Shown: positions 14,571 to 22,271 of the stretch, one piece after another | How positions within the stretch are numbered: position 1 is the stretch's first letter | How the letters are laid out: the number at the start of each line of letters is the position of its first letter | Origin: a virus | Reading direction: 5' to 3' (one strand) | Virus record (IMG/VR): IMGVR_UViG_3300045988_134547 | Coordinates: 1 to 49,846 of that record | Length of the DNA: 49,846 nucleotides | Made by a program: the position numbers and the translations under genes | The notes under the pieces: generated by a model | What the model was told of the DNA's origin: nothing | What the model saw: the letters and a program-made list of their open reading frames with translations, nothing else | Databases searched by the model: none

Positions 14571-14892
14571 TGTTGTTATGAACAGTGAGTTTCAATTTGC
14601 CCGTGATGACCCCGTATAAGGTGTTCATGATCTTCAGGCCAAAATATGCAGAAACCCCGCTACACGCTCCAATCCATTCCCAAGAGAGTTTGGAGGTGCG
14701 GAGGATCAGATAGACAATGAAGCCAGCGGCACATGAGGTAACAAACTCAATGAACCAGCGCGGAAAATTCCAGCCCCGTTCTCCTCTCACGTACGGCATA
14801 GCCGAGCCCGAGGCGGCGCAGATAAGAATAAGCGCGAACACTATTAGGTTCACCGTGCTGGCAAACTCGCTGAGGCTGAAATCTGTTTCCAT
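14548..14892 (-). CDS. Holin (three predicted TM segments)
   Basis: The hydrophobic segments are VNLIVFALILICAASGSAM, FIEFVTSCAAGFIVYLIL and WIGACSGVSAYFGLKIM. It is the first gene of the lysis cassette. The ATG at 14892 is preferred over the GTG at 14946. Confidence 0.65.
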   Translation of the reverse strand: METDFSLSEFASTVNLIVFALILICAASGSAMPYVRGERGWNFPRWFIEFVTSCAAGFIVYLILRTSKLSWEWIGACSGVSAYFGLKIMNTLYGVITGKLKLTVHNNNGEHHGN

Positions 14893-14951
14893 GTCTATCT
14901 CTCTTTTTAGATATGGTATGAGCGCTTTTTCTTTCAATGCGCACACCTGAC

Positions 14952-14975
14952 GAAAAGCCCCTCACATGGAGGGGC
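14952..14975 (-). terminator. Intrinsic terminator GCCCCTC-catgt-GAGGGGC-TTTT (minus strand)
   Basis: Same palindromic stem as the plus-strand terminators at 4555 and 9455. It separates the cassette array from the holin. Confidence 0.6.
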
Positions 14976-14982
14976 GGAGCGG

Positions 14983-15375
14983 TTAGGAGGTTTGGCCTCC
15001 GACTGCGGGGATGAAATATACGGTTGAGTTGTCTGTATTTCCGTCTAACACCGCGGCCACATATTTGCAACTATCCCCTTTTTTGACGGGCATGTATACA
15101 TCAGGCCATGCTAGGCGAACTTGTCCTGAAGTCAGTGCAACCTGTTGTCGTGAACGGGGACCGTTCCCTACCTCTATGTAACTAGTATTACTTGCTCCGT
15201 CGATGCAGACATATCCGGAACACGGCGCTGTATACGTACCATCAAGAGTTTCCTTGCCTTGTGCGATGACTATTCGATCAGCCCATTTTTTCGGCATTCC
15301 TTGTTGAGCAATGAACTCCGTGTCACTTCTCTTCACGAACTTGGAGAGGAGGAGCGCTAAAACTGATTTCAGCAT
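14983..15375 (-). CDS. Fibre-distal cassette protein, family member 1 of 6
   Basis: Contains MLKSVLALLLSKFVKRSD..., YTAPCSGYV, VKKGD and VYFIP. It shares the N-terminal helix and three motifs with the five upstream paralogues. Confidence 0.65.
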   Translation of the reverse strand: MLKSVLALLLSKFVKRSDTEFIAQQGMPKKWADRIVIAQGKETLDGTYTAPCSGYVCIDGASNTSYIEVGNGPRSRQQVALTSGQVRLAWPDVYMPVKKGDSCKYVAAVLDGNTDNSTVYFIPAVGGQTS

Positions 15376-16136
15376 GACGCACATCCAAACATCTGATCAA
15401 TTGTTCCCCTCGACTTTGTATATTCGAAGATAGGCAGTAGAGAACTGATTTGATCGCCCAATTGCGTAGGTAAGTTCTTGACCTTTTTTAGCGTAAGCCC
15501 AGATCGAAAGATTCCCATTCGCAGATGGTCCGAGATTGATGAGATTGAACCCTCCAATATCGGCAAACCAAACTCCATAACCTCTGAGGTTGACAACCCC
15601 CGTGTATGGCATGGTGAATGGGTGACTTTCTCCATCTGCAATAACAGGTAGTTCAGAAGAGCTTTGAATAGAAATTGCCGACTGCTCCGCCACCCACTCC
15701 CGCTTGTTCTGTAAGAATTTCTCCGCAAAGAGCTGCACAAGTTGCTTAAGCATATTGCACCTCCTTGCAGAAGAGCGTTCTTAAGAGCTGATACCCCCCC
15801 CCAGACCAAAGCATAGAACGTCGCAGAAGTATCTGCGGCAGTCTCAAAAATTATTTTTTTACCCTTAGCAATAGGAACAAAGAGTTTGGCTGCTCGTCCC
15901 TCACGAGGGTAGCTACTAGTCTGTAAAACCTGCCCATACACGTTGATACCGTTGTTTGTTACTGTTGTTATGAATTCCAAATATCCATCGTTGGGCGCAA
16001 CGTATTCGTTGCGGCCACCGGTTACAGATACGCTAGTGCTAACGCTTTTATCTGGTAAGGCCAAGGATGCAACTAAAGCGGATTCCTGTTTGCTGTAAAA
16101 CTTCGATAATAGGAGGCTCAATAAACTTTTCAGCAT
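15369..16136 (-). CDS. Fibre-distal cassette protein, member 3 of 6; as sequenced it reads through a 9-G tract into the +1 frame of member 2 (255-aa ORF)
   Basis: SD AGGAGG. The family-like part ends at ...ATFYALVWGG, at the tract. With 10 G it would end as WGGGISS-stop. Confidence 0.6.
   Translation of the reverse strand: MLKSLLSLLLSKFYSKQESALVASLALPDKSVSTSVSVTGGRNEYVAPNDGYLEFITTVTNNGINVYGQVLQTSSYPREGRAAKLFVPIAKGKKIIFETAADTSATFYALVWGGVSALKNALLQGGAICLSNLCSSLRRNSYRTSGSGWRSSRQFLFKALLNYLLLQMEKVTHSPCHTRGLSTSEVMEFGLPILEGSISSISDHLRMGIFRSGLTLKKVKNLPTQLGDQISSLLPIFEYTKSRGTIDQMFGCASC
15397..15753 (-). CDS. Fibre-distal cassette protein, family member 2 of 6
   Basis: Strong SD AAGGAGGTG. Its N-terminus MLKQLVQLFAEKFLQNKREWVAEQSA is closest to member 4. 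The gene is entirely overlapped by a stop-free +1 frame. Confidence 0.7.
   Translation of the reverse strand: MLKQLVQLFAEKFLQNKREWVAEQSAISIQSSSELPVIADGESHPFTMPYTGVVNLRGYGVWFADIGGFNLINLGPSANGNLSIWAYAKKGQELTYAIGRSNQFSTAYLRIYKVEGNN
15794..15802 (-). repeat. Poly-G tract (9 G on the coding strand) at the 3' end of cassette 3
   Basis: CCCCCCCCC on the plus strand. Confidence 0.95.
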
Positions 16137-16157
16137 AATGCGCCTCCTGTCAAAGGA

Positions 16158-16529
16158 TTAAAAGTCTGAACTTGCTTTGTAGAACCAAAGAGAATAATCG
16201 GTTGTACTTCCGCCACGGCACAAGAACTTAATCTGTGTCCCTTTTTTAACGTAACAACAGATTCCAGCTCCCGCAGTGTTTCCGTTAAGTATGGAAGCAA
16301 GTGCCATCTGCCCGTTCTCGACTTGGATTTCAAGAGCTGAGACTGTAGTTGAATTGCACCGAGAAGTCGCCCAGCCGTTGCACGGTGCGGTGTAGGTAAA
16401 GAAATCCGTGGTGCTTGTGCAAGGAATATTAATGCCCTGATGGATAATAGGAGCTGATTGTTCTGAAACCCAAGATTTTTTGCTCTTAAGAAAACTTTCG
16501 GCAAATAGTTGAACGAGGGCCTTAAGCAT
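16158..16529 (-). CDS. Fibre-distal cassette protein, family member 4 of 6
   Basis: SD GGAGGG. Contains MLKALVQLFAESFLKSKKSWVSEQSA, YTAPCNGW, VKKGT and WFYKA. The gene is entirely overlapped by the stop-free +1 frame 16130-16591. Confidence 0.7.
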   Translation of the reverse strand: MLKALVQLFAESFLKSKKSWVSEQSAPIIHQGINIPCTSTTDFFTYTAPCNGWATSRCNSTTVSALEIQVENGQMALASILNGNTAGAGICCYVKKGTQIKFLCRGGSTTDYSLWFYKASSDF

Positions 16530-16553
16530 GGCAGAGCCCTCCGAACAAGAATA

Positions 16554-16907
16554 TTATCCCCCCCCGAATGATTTGTAGAATTTAACCTCAATATCAGTCA
16601 AGTTATAAAGAGATATAGAGACGGTCTCTCCTTTGCTCACGGGAGCGGTCACGGCTTGACCCCAATCTTTAACAGATTGGAAAGTTCTTAGAAAATAATT
16701 CTCTCCGTTGCTGCTAATTCCAATAGCACTGCCGCCATTTGCTTCAGATTTGCCCTCTACAGTTATGAACCCGTCTTCGGGCGCAGTGTATATCTGTTCC
16801 CCTGTGAAGATACTTGTAGAGGAAGACGTGTTGCGCAAAGCGGAATGCGCCGCCTCGCTCGGAGTAGTTCGGCTATCGAGTAGCCGCTGAATAAGTTGTT
16901 TTAGCAT
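16554..16907 (-). CDS. Fibre-distal cassette protein, family member 5 of 6; ends in an 8-G tract (…KSFGGG-stop)
   Basis: SD AAGGAG. Contains MLKQLIQRLL..., YTAPEDGF, VSKGE and KFYKSF. Confidence 0.7.
   Translation of the reverse strand: MLKQLIQRLLDSRTTPSEAAHSALRNTSSSTSIFTGEQIYTAPEDGFITVEGKSEANGGSAIGISSNGENYFLRTFQSVKDWGQAVTAPVSKGETVSISLYNLTDIEVKFYKSFGGG
16558..16565 (-). repeat. Poly-G tract (8 G on the coding strand) at the 3' end of cassette 5
   Basis: CCCCCCCC on the plus strand, directly before the TAA stop. Confidence 0.95.
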
Positions 16908-16942
16908 TTAAACTCCTTGCCGAGCCTAAATGCTCGGCGTTA

Positions 16943-17357
16943 TTAGATTGGGCAGAAATAGCAATAAACCATTCCGGCACTCATGCCATAGTGGTATTCA
17001 ACTTGCTGTCCTTTTCTGATGTACATGTATGCTCCAAGATTGGAGCCGGGTTGTTGAAGTCTTGTTAGGGTCGGCCATTTATTTTGGGCTTTATTGCGGA
17101 TACCAACAAATATCGCTTGCGTTGCGTAAATCCAAGCAACCCCATCCGCTGGAGCCACATAAATAAAAGAGTCTGTGATAAAAGCGTCTGTGTCCGTAGC
17201 TGTATGGACCAAGATATTTCCTGAAATGAAATCAGAAATGCCTATCTCTGACGACCTTTTCCCATATATAGTTAAACTACCCCCCCCCACAGCCGCCGCT
17301 CACTGATCTGCGAGGAACGAATAAGCTACACAACAGACTTGCTAATTGTTTAAACAT
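16943..17357 (-). CDS. Fibre-distal cassette protein, member 6 of 6; interrupted by a 9-G tract after codon ~26 (frame-OFF as sequenced)
   Basis: The ATG at 17357 has an AGGAGG SD and gives the family-type N-terminus MFKQLASLLCSLFVPRRSVSGGCGGG-stop. The rest of the protein (GSLTIYGK...YVAPADGV...IRKGQ...) continues in the frame reached with 8 or 11 G. Confidence 0.6.
17280..17288 (-). repeat. Poly-G tract (9 G on the coding strand) near the 5' end of cassette 6
   Basis: CCCCCCCCC on the plus strand. Confidence 0.95.
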
Positions 17358-17964
17358 TGAAAAAACCTCCTTGTCTCATAGAGTTGCGGGCATCAACTGC
17401 CTGCTCCAATTCGTAGGCCAAAGCTTCCGGAAATGCCGGATAGTCGATAAAAGGAAAGCTAGGCTTGTCCGGAAGATCTTTAAGTGCTTGGCGATAATTC
17501 AATAACGCCTGTCGATCTTCTTCAGTTAATTGAGCTCTCTTCGCCTTGGCGGCTGACTGCACAGTAATGTCCGGGAGCTGAACATACTTATCAGTGTCAG
17601 AGATTCGAGCATTGCGCTCTCCTCTAACTTCTTGTTCGTAACGCTCTTGGACAAATTTGTCATCCAGTTCAGGAAGTTCTGTTGAAAGGTAGTAATTACC
17701 GTCAGCACTGTGGAAATAGCCTTGAGGACTGGGCTCAAGCTTCCAATATTTGATGATTACTCCATCATCTCGCTTAAATCTTTCGGATAGCTTGTAATGG
17801 CTCTCTGCGTACGCCTCATCTTTGGGATCTGTAAACGCGTGCTGACTCGGTGCATTGGAGGAAACAACAATTCTTCCGTCCGCGTCCTTCAATGAATATT
17901 TTGCAAGAGGCCGACCCATAGCCTTGGCCAACATCTCTTGCCGGACTTCTTCAAGTGTTTTCAT
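17350..17964 (-). CDS. Tail fibre assembly chaperone (Tfa-like)
   Basis: The C-terminal part ...ARISDTDKYVQLPDITV...EEDRQALLNYRQALKDLPDKPSFPFIDYPAFPE is the typical Tfa pattern. It follows the fibre genes. Confidence 0.8.
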   Translation of the reverse strand: MKTLEEVRQEMLAKAMGRPLAKYSLKDADGRIVVSSNAPSQHAFTDPKDEAYAESHYKLSERFKRDDGVIIKYWKLEPSPQGYFHSADGNYYLSTELPELDDKFVQERYEQEVRGERNARISDTDKYVQLPDITVQSAAKAKRAQLTEEDRQALLNYRQALKDLPDKPSFPFIDYPAFPEALAYELEQAVDARNSMRQGGFFNV

Positions 17965-17976
17965 GCTTTGTCCTTT

Positions 17977-18990
17977 TTAAGAGTTTCCTGATTCAGAGTT
18001 GCTACTGGTTTGCGTGTTCTTGGCATCGTCAATTTGTTGCTGTGTACCTCCGTTCTCGAGAATCAGTTCTTCGAGAATCGGGCAGAGGTAGTCATCGACA
18101 TGACCATTGAAATAGGTTTCAGCCCAAGATTCCGCACCGGCTGTAAAGTTGATGTTCGACCGTGCTGTGGTTTGTTGCGTCTCTGTAAGGGCTTGAGCCG
18201 CCTCATATGAGACACTCGGCGTTAAATCCGTGTAGTCAGCAGATAAAAGAGCTGTCCCGGCAGCTGTGTCCACAGACGCAATCGTGAACATTCTTCCATC
18301 AGTTCCGACTACGGTGTCACCAGCTTTAATGTTGCCTTGAGGCTTCAAATCAGAGATTTGAATAGTGGCCGAAACTTGGAGCGCTTGATTGATTACTCTG
18401 ACAGCATAGGCACTTGCAGCCGCCTCAAGAGCTTTCGTTTCGGCAGTCTGCGCGGCGGTTTGGGCAGTTGTTGCCGCCGTTTGTGCGGTTTCGGCATTGC
18501 TCTGGGCAGTTTCTGCCGCCTGTTGCGCCGCCTGTGCAGTTTGCAGAGATTGAGCCGCGTTGTTAGCCGCAGTTTGAGCACTAGCAGCTGAACCTTGAGC
18601 AGCAGTCTGAGCCGCGGAAGCCGAAGTTTGTGCCGAGTTCGCTGTTGTAACTGCCACCGTGGACGCATCGACCGCACTCTTAGATTGAGCAATAGCAGTC
18701 TGTATATCTGCATCCCAATCATCGACTACTTGCTTCAAAGTCTCAACTTTTTCATTTGCAGCATTCGCTTCCGCCAATGCATTTGAAGAAATTGAATTTG
18801 CCGTCTGTGCTGTTTGCCGAGCTTCCTTAGCGATCGATAGAGCCTCTTCGGAATTGTCAGAGGCTTGGTCTGCGTACGCGCCAACATCGTTAATAGCGTC
18901 CTCCGTCTGCTGAAGAACTTCGGGGCCGCTGATAACTCCGGTTCCTGTCGGCGTGTAATGAAATTGGAATTTCGAATCTGCCATGATCAA
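17977..18990 (-). CDS. Tail fibre protein (Ala/Gln/Thr-rich shaft)
   Basis: Long AQTAAQ-type repeats, as in P2 H / Mu S-type fibres. Confidence 0.8.
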   Translation of the reverse strand: MIMADSKFQFHYTPTGTGVISGPEVLQQTEDAINDVGAYADQASDNSEEALSIAKEARQTAQTANSISSNALAEANAANEKVETLKQVVDDWDADIQTAIAQSKSAVDASTVAVTTANSAQTSASAAQTAAQGSAASAQTAANNAAQSLQTAQAAQQAAETAQSNAETAQTAATTAQTAAQTAETKALEAAASAYAVRVINQALQVSATIQISDLKPQGNIKAGDTVVGTDGRMFTIASVDTAAGTALLSADYTDLTPSVSYEAAQALTETQQTTARSNINFTAGAESWAETYFNGHVDDYLCPILEELILENGGTQQQIDDAKNTQTSSNSESGNS

Positions 18991-20034
18991 TTACTCCGGC
19001 AAGCGCAAGAAATAAGCGAGCGTGTAAAAAGGCGGCTCATTGGTAACGCCTGTGATTTTTGCGTTCGCTGTTAAGGTGTGCGTGTGCGTTTGACCTCCAC
19101 CAGTAGAGCCGATACTCAATCCATGCTGATGAGAGCCATTAGAAGATGTTTCTCCCGTCCAAGTTCTGGACGCATCAATATTGAAAACACCTCGACCATT
19201 TTGACGGCCATCGGAGCATCCGGGATGATCACCTACGTAAACAAGAGGACCGTTACCAATCACGCTCAACCAGTTGGCGGAAATTTGTCCGGTGATGTTC
19301 ATTGAACCTCTTGTGTGGGTATGAGCACCTGCAGGAGATGTGCTACCTGAATGAGAATGTGCAGGCATCTGTGCGGCCGTCAGCGCAGTAGCACCAACTG
19401 TGCCGTTGACGGTCAAATCTGGAATCTCAATGGTTGAAGCACCTCCGGTTGTGCCCGAATCTTTTGGTAGAGATCCTTTTATAAATTTTCCAATCAAGTT
19501 TGGAGTTACACCATTCTGCCCGTCACTCTGGCCATCACATAGAATCCAGCCTTCGTCGGCTTGAGTAGTTCCCCAAAAAACTGGGCGTCTCCCATCACTA
19601 CCACCTAATGTCACGTTATGAAAAGGAACTACGGCGCCCGCTGGAACGGTAATGTCGATATTTTTCCAAACTGCTCTGTTAGTTCCGGGCGCCACCTTGG
19701 TACTTGATGGTCCGTTGGCTTGGATGCAGCGGTACTTAGTTCCATTCTGCATAACTTCGTTCCCAACTTCGTAGTCCAAGAGGGCGGAATAATTCATAAT
19801 CCCGCCCTGTTGATACCACAGAAGAAATTGAGAAAGCAGGAAAAAGACGCCATTGAAGTCGGACTTAAATGGAGGAATGCCGCCTTGTTCGATGGGAATA
19901 GCATTTTCTCGTCCCCAACCTATTTGCTGAGAGAGCCGTCCTAATCCAGCTTCTTCTGAAGTTAACGGAGGAATGGTAATTTCTCCGTCCTGTGCGATAG
20001 CTGCACTTAATTGATACTTTGGATAATTACTCAT
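18991..20034 (-). CDS. Tail fibre / baseplate-proximal fibre protein with a tail-collar-like domain
   Basis: GWILCDGQS...LIGKFIKG plus H-x-H repeats (AHSHSG, AHTHT, SHQHG, THTHT). Confidence 0.8.
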   Translation of the reverse strand: MSNYPKYQLSAAIAQDGEITIPPLTSEEAGLGRLSQQIGWGRENAIPIEQGGIPPFKSDFNGVFFLLSQFLLWYQQGGIMNYSALLDYEVGNEVMQNGTKYRCIQANGPSSTKVAPGTNRAVWKNIDITVPAGAVVPFHNVTLGGSDGRRPVFWGTTQADEGWILCDGQSDGQNGVTPNLIGKFIKGSLPKDSGTTGGASTIEIPDLTVNGTVGATALTAAQMPAHSHSGSTSPAGAHTHTRGSMNITGQISANWLSVIGNGPLVYVGDHPGCSDGRQNGRGVFNIDASRTWTGETSSNGSHQHGLSIGSTGGGQTHTHTLTANAKITGVTNEPPFYTLAYFLRLPE

Positions 20035-20660
20035 ATCTCAATGACCTTTGAAGGATTGAAGACACCTTGATTAAATGGCAATAAATTGGATCCGAAAAAT
20101 CCGAATACCAGATTATTTGGAACGACCGTCTCCACATTTGCCAAAACCCCAGCGGGCCTGTTTAACAAGCCGTAGTTTTGCAGAATGGCGATTTGGACAG
20201 CAGAGGGATCACCAACAATGCGAATCGTTATCGTCATGTCCTGGTAGTCGGTGACAAATGCCGGCAGGCCTATCAACCGAGTAAGCAAAGAATTGATAGT
20301 TTCAGCCGTAGAGTTCGAGACGTTTACGACGGCTCGATAAAAAATCAGAAACCGGAAAAACTCATCATCCAGCCGAGTGTCCTGACCGTCGACAACGAGG
20401 TTCCGATTCACGCCTACGCGCCTGCCCCACCAATCCAGCCAAACCCCGGAAGCTGTATCGGGGTTCAATATGAAATTAAAAAACGCGTCCAACTGAGGGG
20501 ACGCGTCTAATTCCGCATTAAAAAGCAACCCTAATTGTCTGTATCGCTCGGAGTGCGAATACTGTGACTGGAGGGCAATAGAAATCAACGATCGGACATT
20601 TGAGAGTTTTCGAAAATCCTCAACACTCAGAATGTTCCGCCAAGTTGCAGAATCTGCCAT
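20031..20660 (-). CDS. Baseplate wedge protein (P2 gpI / DUF2612-like position)
   Basis: Its position after the J-like gene, and its size of 209 aa. Confidence 0.6.
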   Translation of the reverse strand: MADSATWRNILSVEDFRKLSNVRSLISIALQSQYSHSERYRQLGLLFNAELDASPQLDAFFNFILNPDTASGVWLDWWGRRVGVNRNLVVDGQDTRLDDEFFRFLIFYRAVVNVSNSTAETINSLLTRLIGLPAFVTDYQDMTITIRIVGDPSAVQIAILQNYGLLNRPAGVLANVETVVPNNLVFGFFGSNLLPFNQGVFNPSKVIEI

Positions 20661-20662
20661 TG

Positions 20663-21877
20663 TTAGCCTCCTGTCTGGAATACCAGAGAAACATCGGACT
20701 CTTGAATCGTAGGCTCAACATTCGCAGGAATTTGGACACTGGATCCGAAAGCTCCAGAACCTAAAGCAACTTGAATGGATGCAACCGGAACTTCTGTCGC
20801 TGATTGAATTGCGGCATAGAACCGAGAAGCGTAGACAGTCGAGGCCAAAGAAACGCGGTCATTCGAACCTTGTCCAAGAACGTCATTGATCACAGCCTGA
20901 ATGACGTTGTTTTTCTCAGTCGGATTCATTGAAGTAGCAAAGAATTCGATCTTGACTTTCAAGGCTTGATTCTGCGGTCTAACAATGTTGTAGACGTAAG
21001 TTGCGTTGTAGAACCTAGAATCCGTGTAGGAAACCTGATAGGTTCCGGTAGTCCCACAGCCTGCATCTTTACGCTGGTAGATCGTTTGAGCGATCTGCTC
21101 ATCCTCTCCGCCAACGATAGCGACGAGAATGGAATGCGGATTGATGCTCACGCCGAACTGCGTGATGGCAGCATTCGTGGGATTCTCTAAAACTCTAACA
21201 TCGAGAACGCCTTCGAGCGCAGCTAGGTTTGCCTCAATCGCTTCGACATACCCGGTGGCGTTGACAGCATAACTTTCTACCATTCGATTTCTAAGTTCTG
21301 CGTCCGTCTCTTCATCTCGACCGACTACGCCGGCGGCAGGATTGGTGATAGTGTCCCATCCAGCAATCGTTGTGACGATTCTGTTCACTGCTCCCGCTGC
21401 TACTTCAAGCGGGCCGTGCTCAATCGCAGTAAAGGCGGATGTGACACTTCCGGTATCTCCGATTCGCGCACCTGCTGCGGCCGAATGTCTGTACTGATTT
21501 CCGAGGGAATCTTGTGCGATCGCGCCATAGGGGATCACTGTTCCCTTTAAGCCTGTGAGCACGCAGTTGACCACTGTAGGCTCGGAGATCTTGCGGTCTA
21601 AACCGTAAAGAGCTGCCAGTGCATCCAAAAACTTTCCTGTTGCGAGATCCGGATTAACCATGTTCGACAGGAAAAGAATCTCAGAGTTTTTGGCCTCGAT
21701 TTCGGCCACAATCAGATCAAGGACCTGTCCCATTGGCGAACTGGGCTCGATGTTCAAAAGCGGATCCGTTGGCGATGTTTGAAACGCCTGCTGGATCCGG
21801 GAGCCGAGCTCAGAACGAATCTCTTGCGTGCTCGGCAGTTCAACGCCGACCAGCGGATTAAAAATGATTTGAGCCAT
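20663..21877 (-). CDS. Baseplate J-like protein
   Basis: 404 aa, placed between the W-like and I-like genes. The overall pattern resembles the gpJ/gp47 family. Confidence 0.8.
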   Translation of the reverse strand: MAQIIFNPLVGVELPSTQEIRSELGSRIQQAFQTSPTDPLLNIEPSSPMGQVLDLIVAEIEAKNSEILFLSNMVNPDLATGKFLDALAALYGLDRKISEPTVVNCVLTGLKGTVIPYGAIAQDSLGNQYRHSAAAGARIGDTGSVTSAFTAIEHGPLEVAAGAVNRIVTTIAGWDTITNPAAGVVGRDEETDAELRNRMVESYAVNATGYVEAIEANLAALEGVLDVRVLENPTNAAITQFGVSINPHSILVAIVGGEDEQIAQTIYQRKDAGCGTTGTYQVSYTDSRFYNATYVYNIVRPQNQALKVKIEFFATSMNPTEKNNVIQAVINDVLGQGSNDRVSLASTVYASRFYAAIQSATEVPVASIQVALGSGAFGSSVQIPANVEPTIQESDVSLVFQTGG

Positions 21878-21883
21878 AATTTT

Positions 21884-22255
21884 TTAGAACACAAAAGAAA
21901 CTGTTTCGTCCTGCTCTGTCGTGATCGTGATTTCTCCGTGCAGAGTTCTGGTTTCCTCATCGAACTCAGTAATGTCAACAGAATCAACGGACTTCACACC
22001 ATCAACCCTATTTCCAGCCTCATGAATCAATTGAGCAAGGACGGAGGAATCCAGCTTTTTCGCGAGCTGGGCTTCCTTCCATGCAATGCCGTTGGCCTGC
22101 TGGAAATAGGCGTCGTTGGTCCACAAACGAATCTCGTTGGCCAAGTTCTGAGCTATAGCCAAAGCTCCGGACGTAAGAAGGATATTTCCTTCCTTTGTCA
22201 GCTGAAGATCCCATGACTGAGGATTCAGAAGAGCTGTTTTTGCTGTATGCGGCAT
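21884..22255 (-). CDS. Baseplate W/gp25-like small protein
   Basis: 123 aa, located between the spike and J-like genes. Confidence 0.6.
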   Translation of the reverse strand: MPHTAKTALLNPQSWDLQLTKEGNILLTSGALAIAQNLANEIRLWTNDAYFQQANGIAWKEAQLAKKLDSSVLAQLIHEAGNRVDGVKSVDSVDITEFDEETRTLHGEITITTEQDETVSFVF

Positions 22256-22271
22256 GGTCTAACTTCCTCGT

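Noticed and set aside
16130-16591. Independent gene starting at the ATG at 16591
   Set aside because: That ATG lies inside cassette 5 and has no SD. The frame is more plausibly entered by slippage at the poly-G tract (see findings) or not used at all.
18337-18786. Several 60-110-aa ORFs on both strands inside the fibre gene (18337-18591, 18393-18722, 18595-18786)
   Set aside because: They are off-frame or antisense readings of the GC(N)/CAG-rich Ala/Gln repeat region of the 17977-18990 gene, and they have Arg/Leu/Cys-rich junk composition.
14983-20034. Diversity-generating retroelement or invertible (Mu G / P1 C-type) segment acting on the fibre region
   Set aside because: There is no reverse transcriptase and no template/variable repeat pair. 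There is no Gin/Cin-type invertase and no flanking inverted repeats. The paralogues are diverged at the DNA level, so cassette exchange by homologous recombination is also unlikely.
21779-22216. 145-aa plus-strand ORF overlapping the baseplate W-like gene and the J-like gene start
   Set aside because: It is antisense to two well-supported, tightly packed baseplate genes and has no SD.
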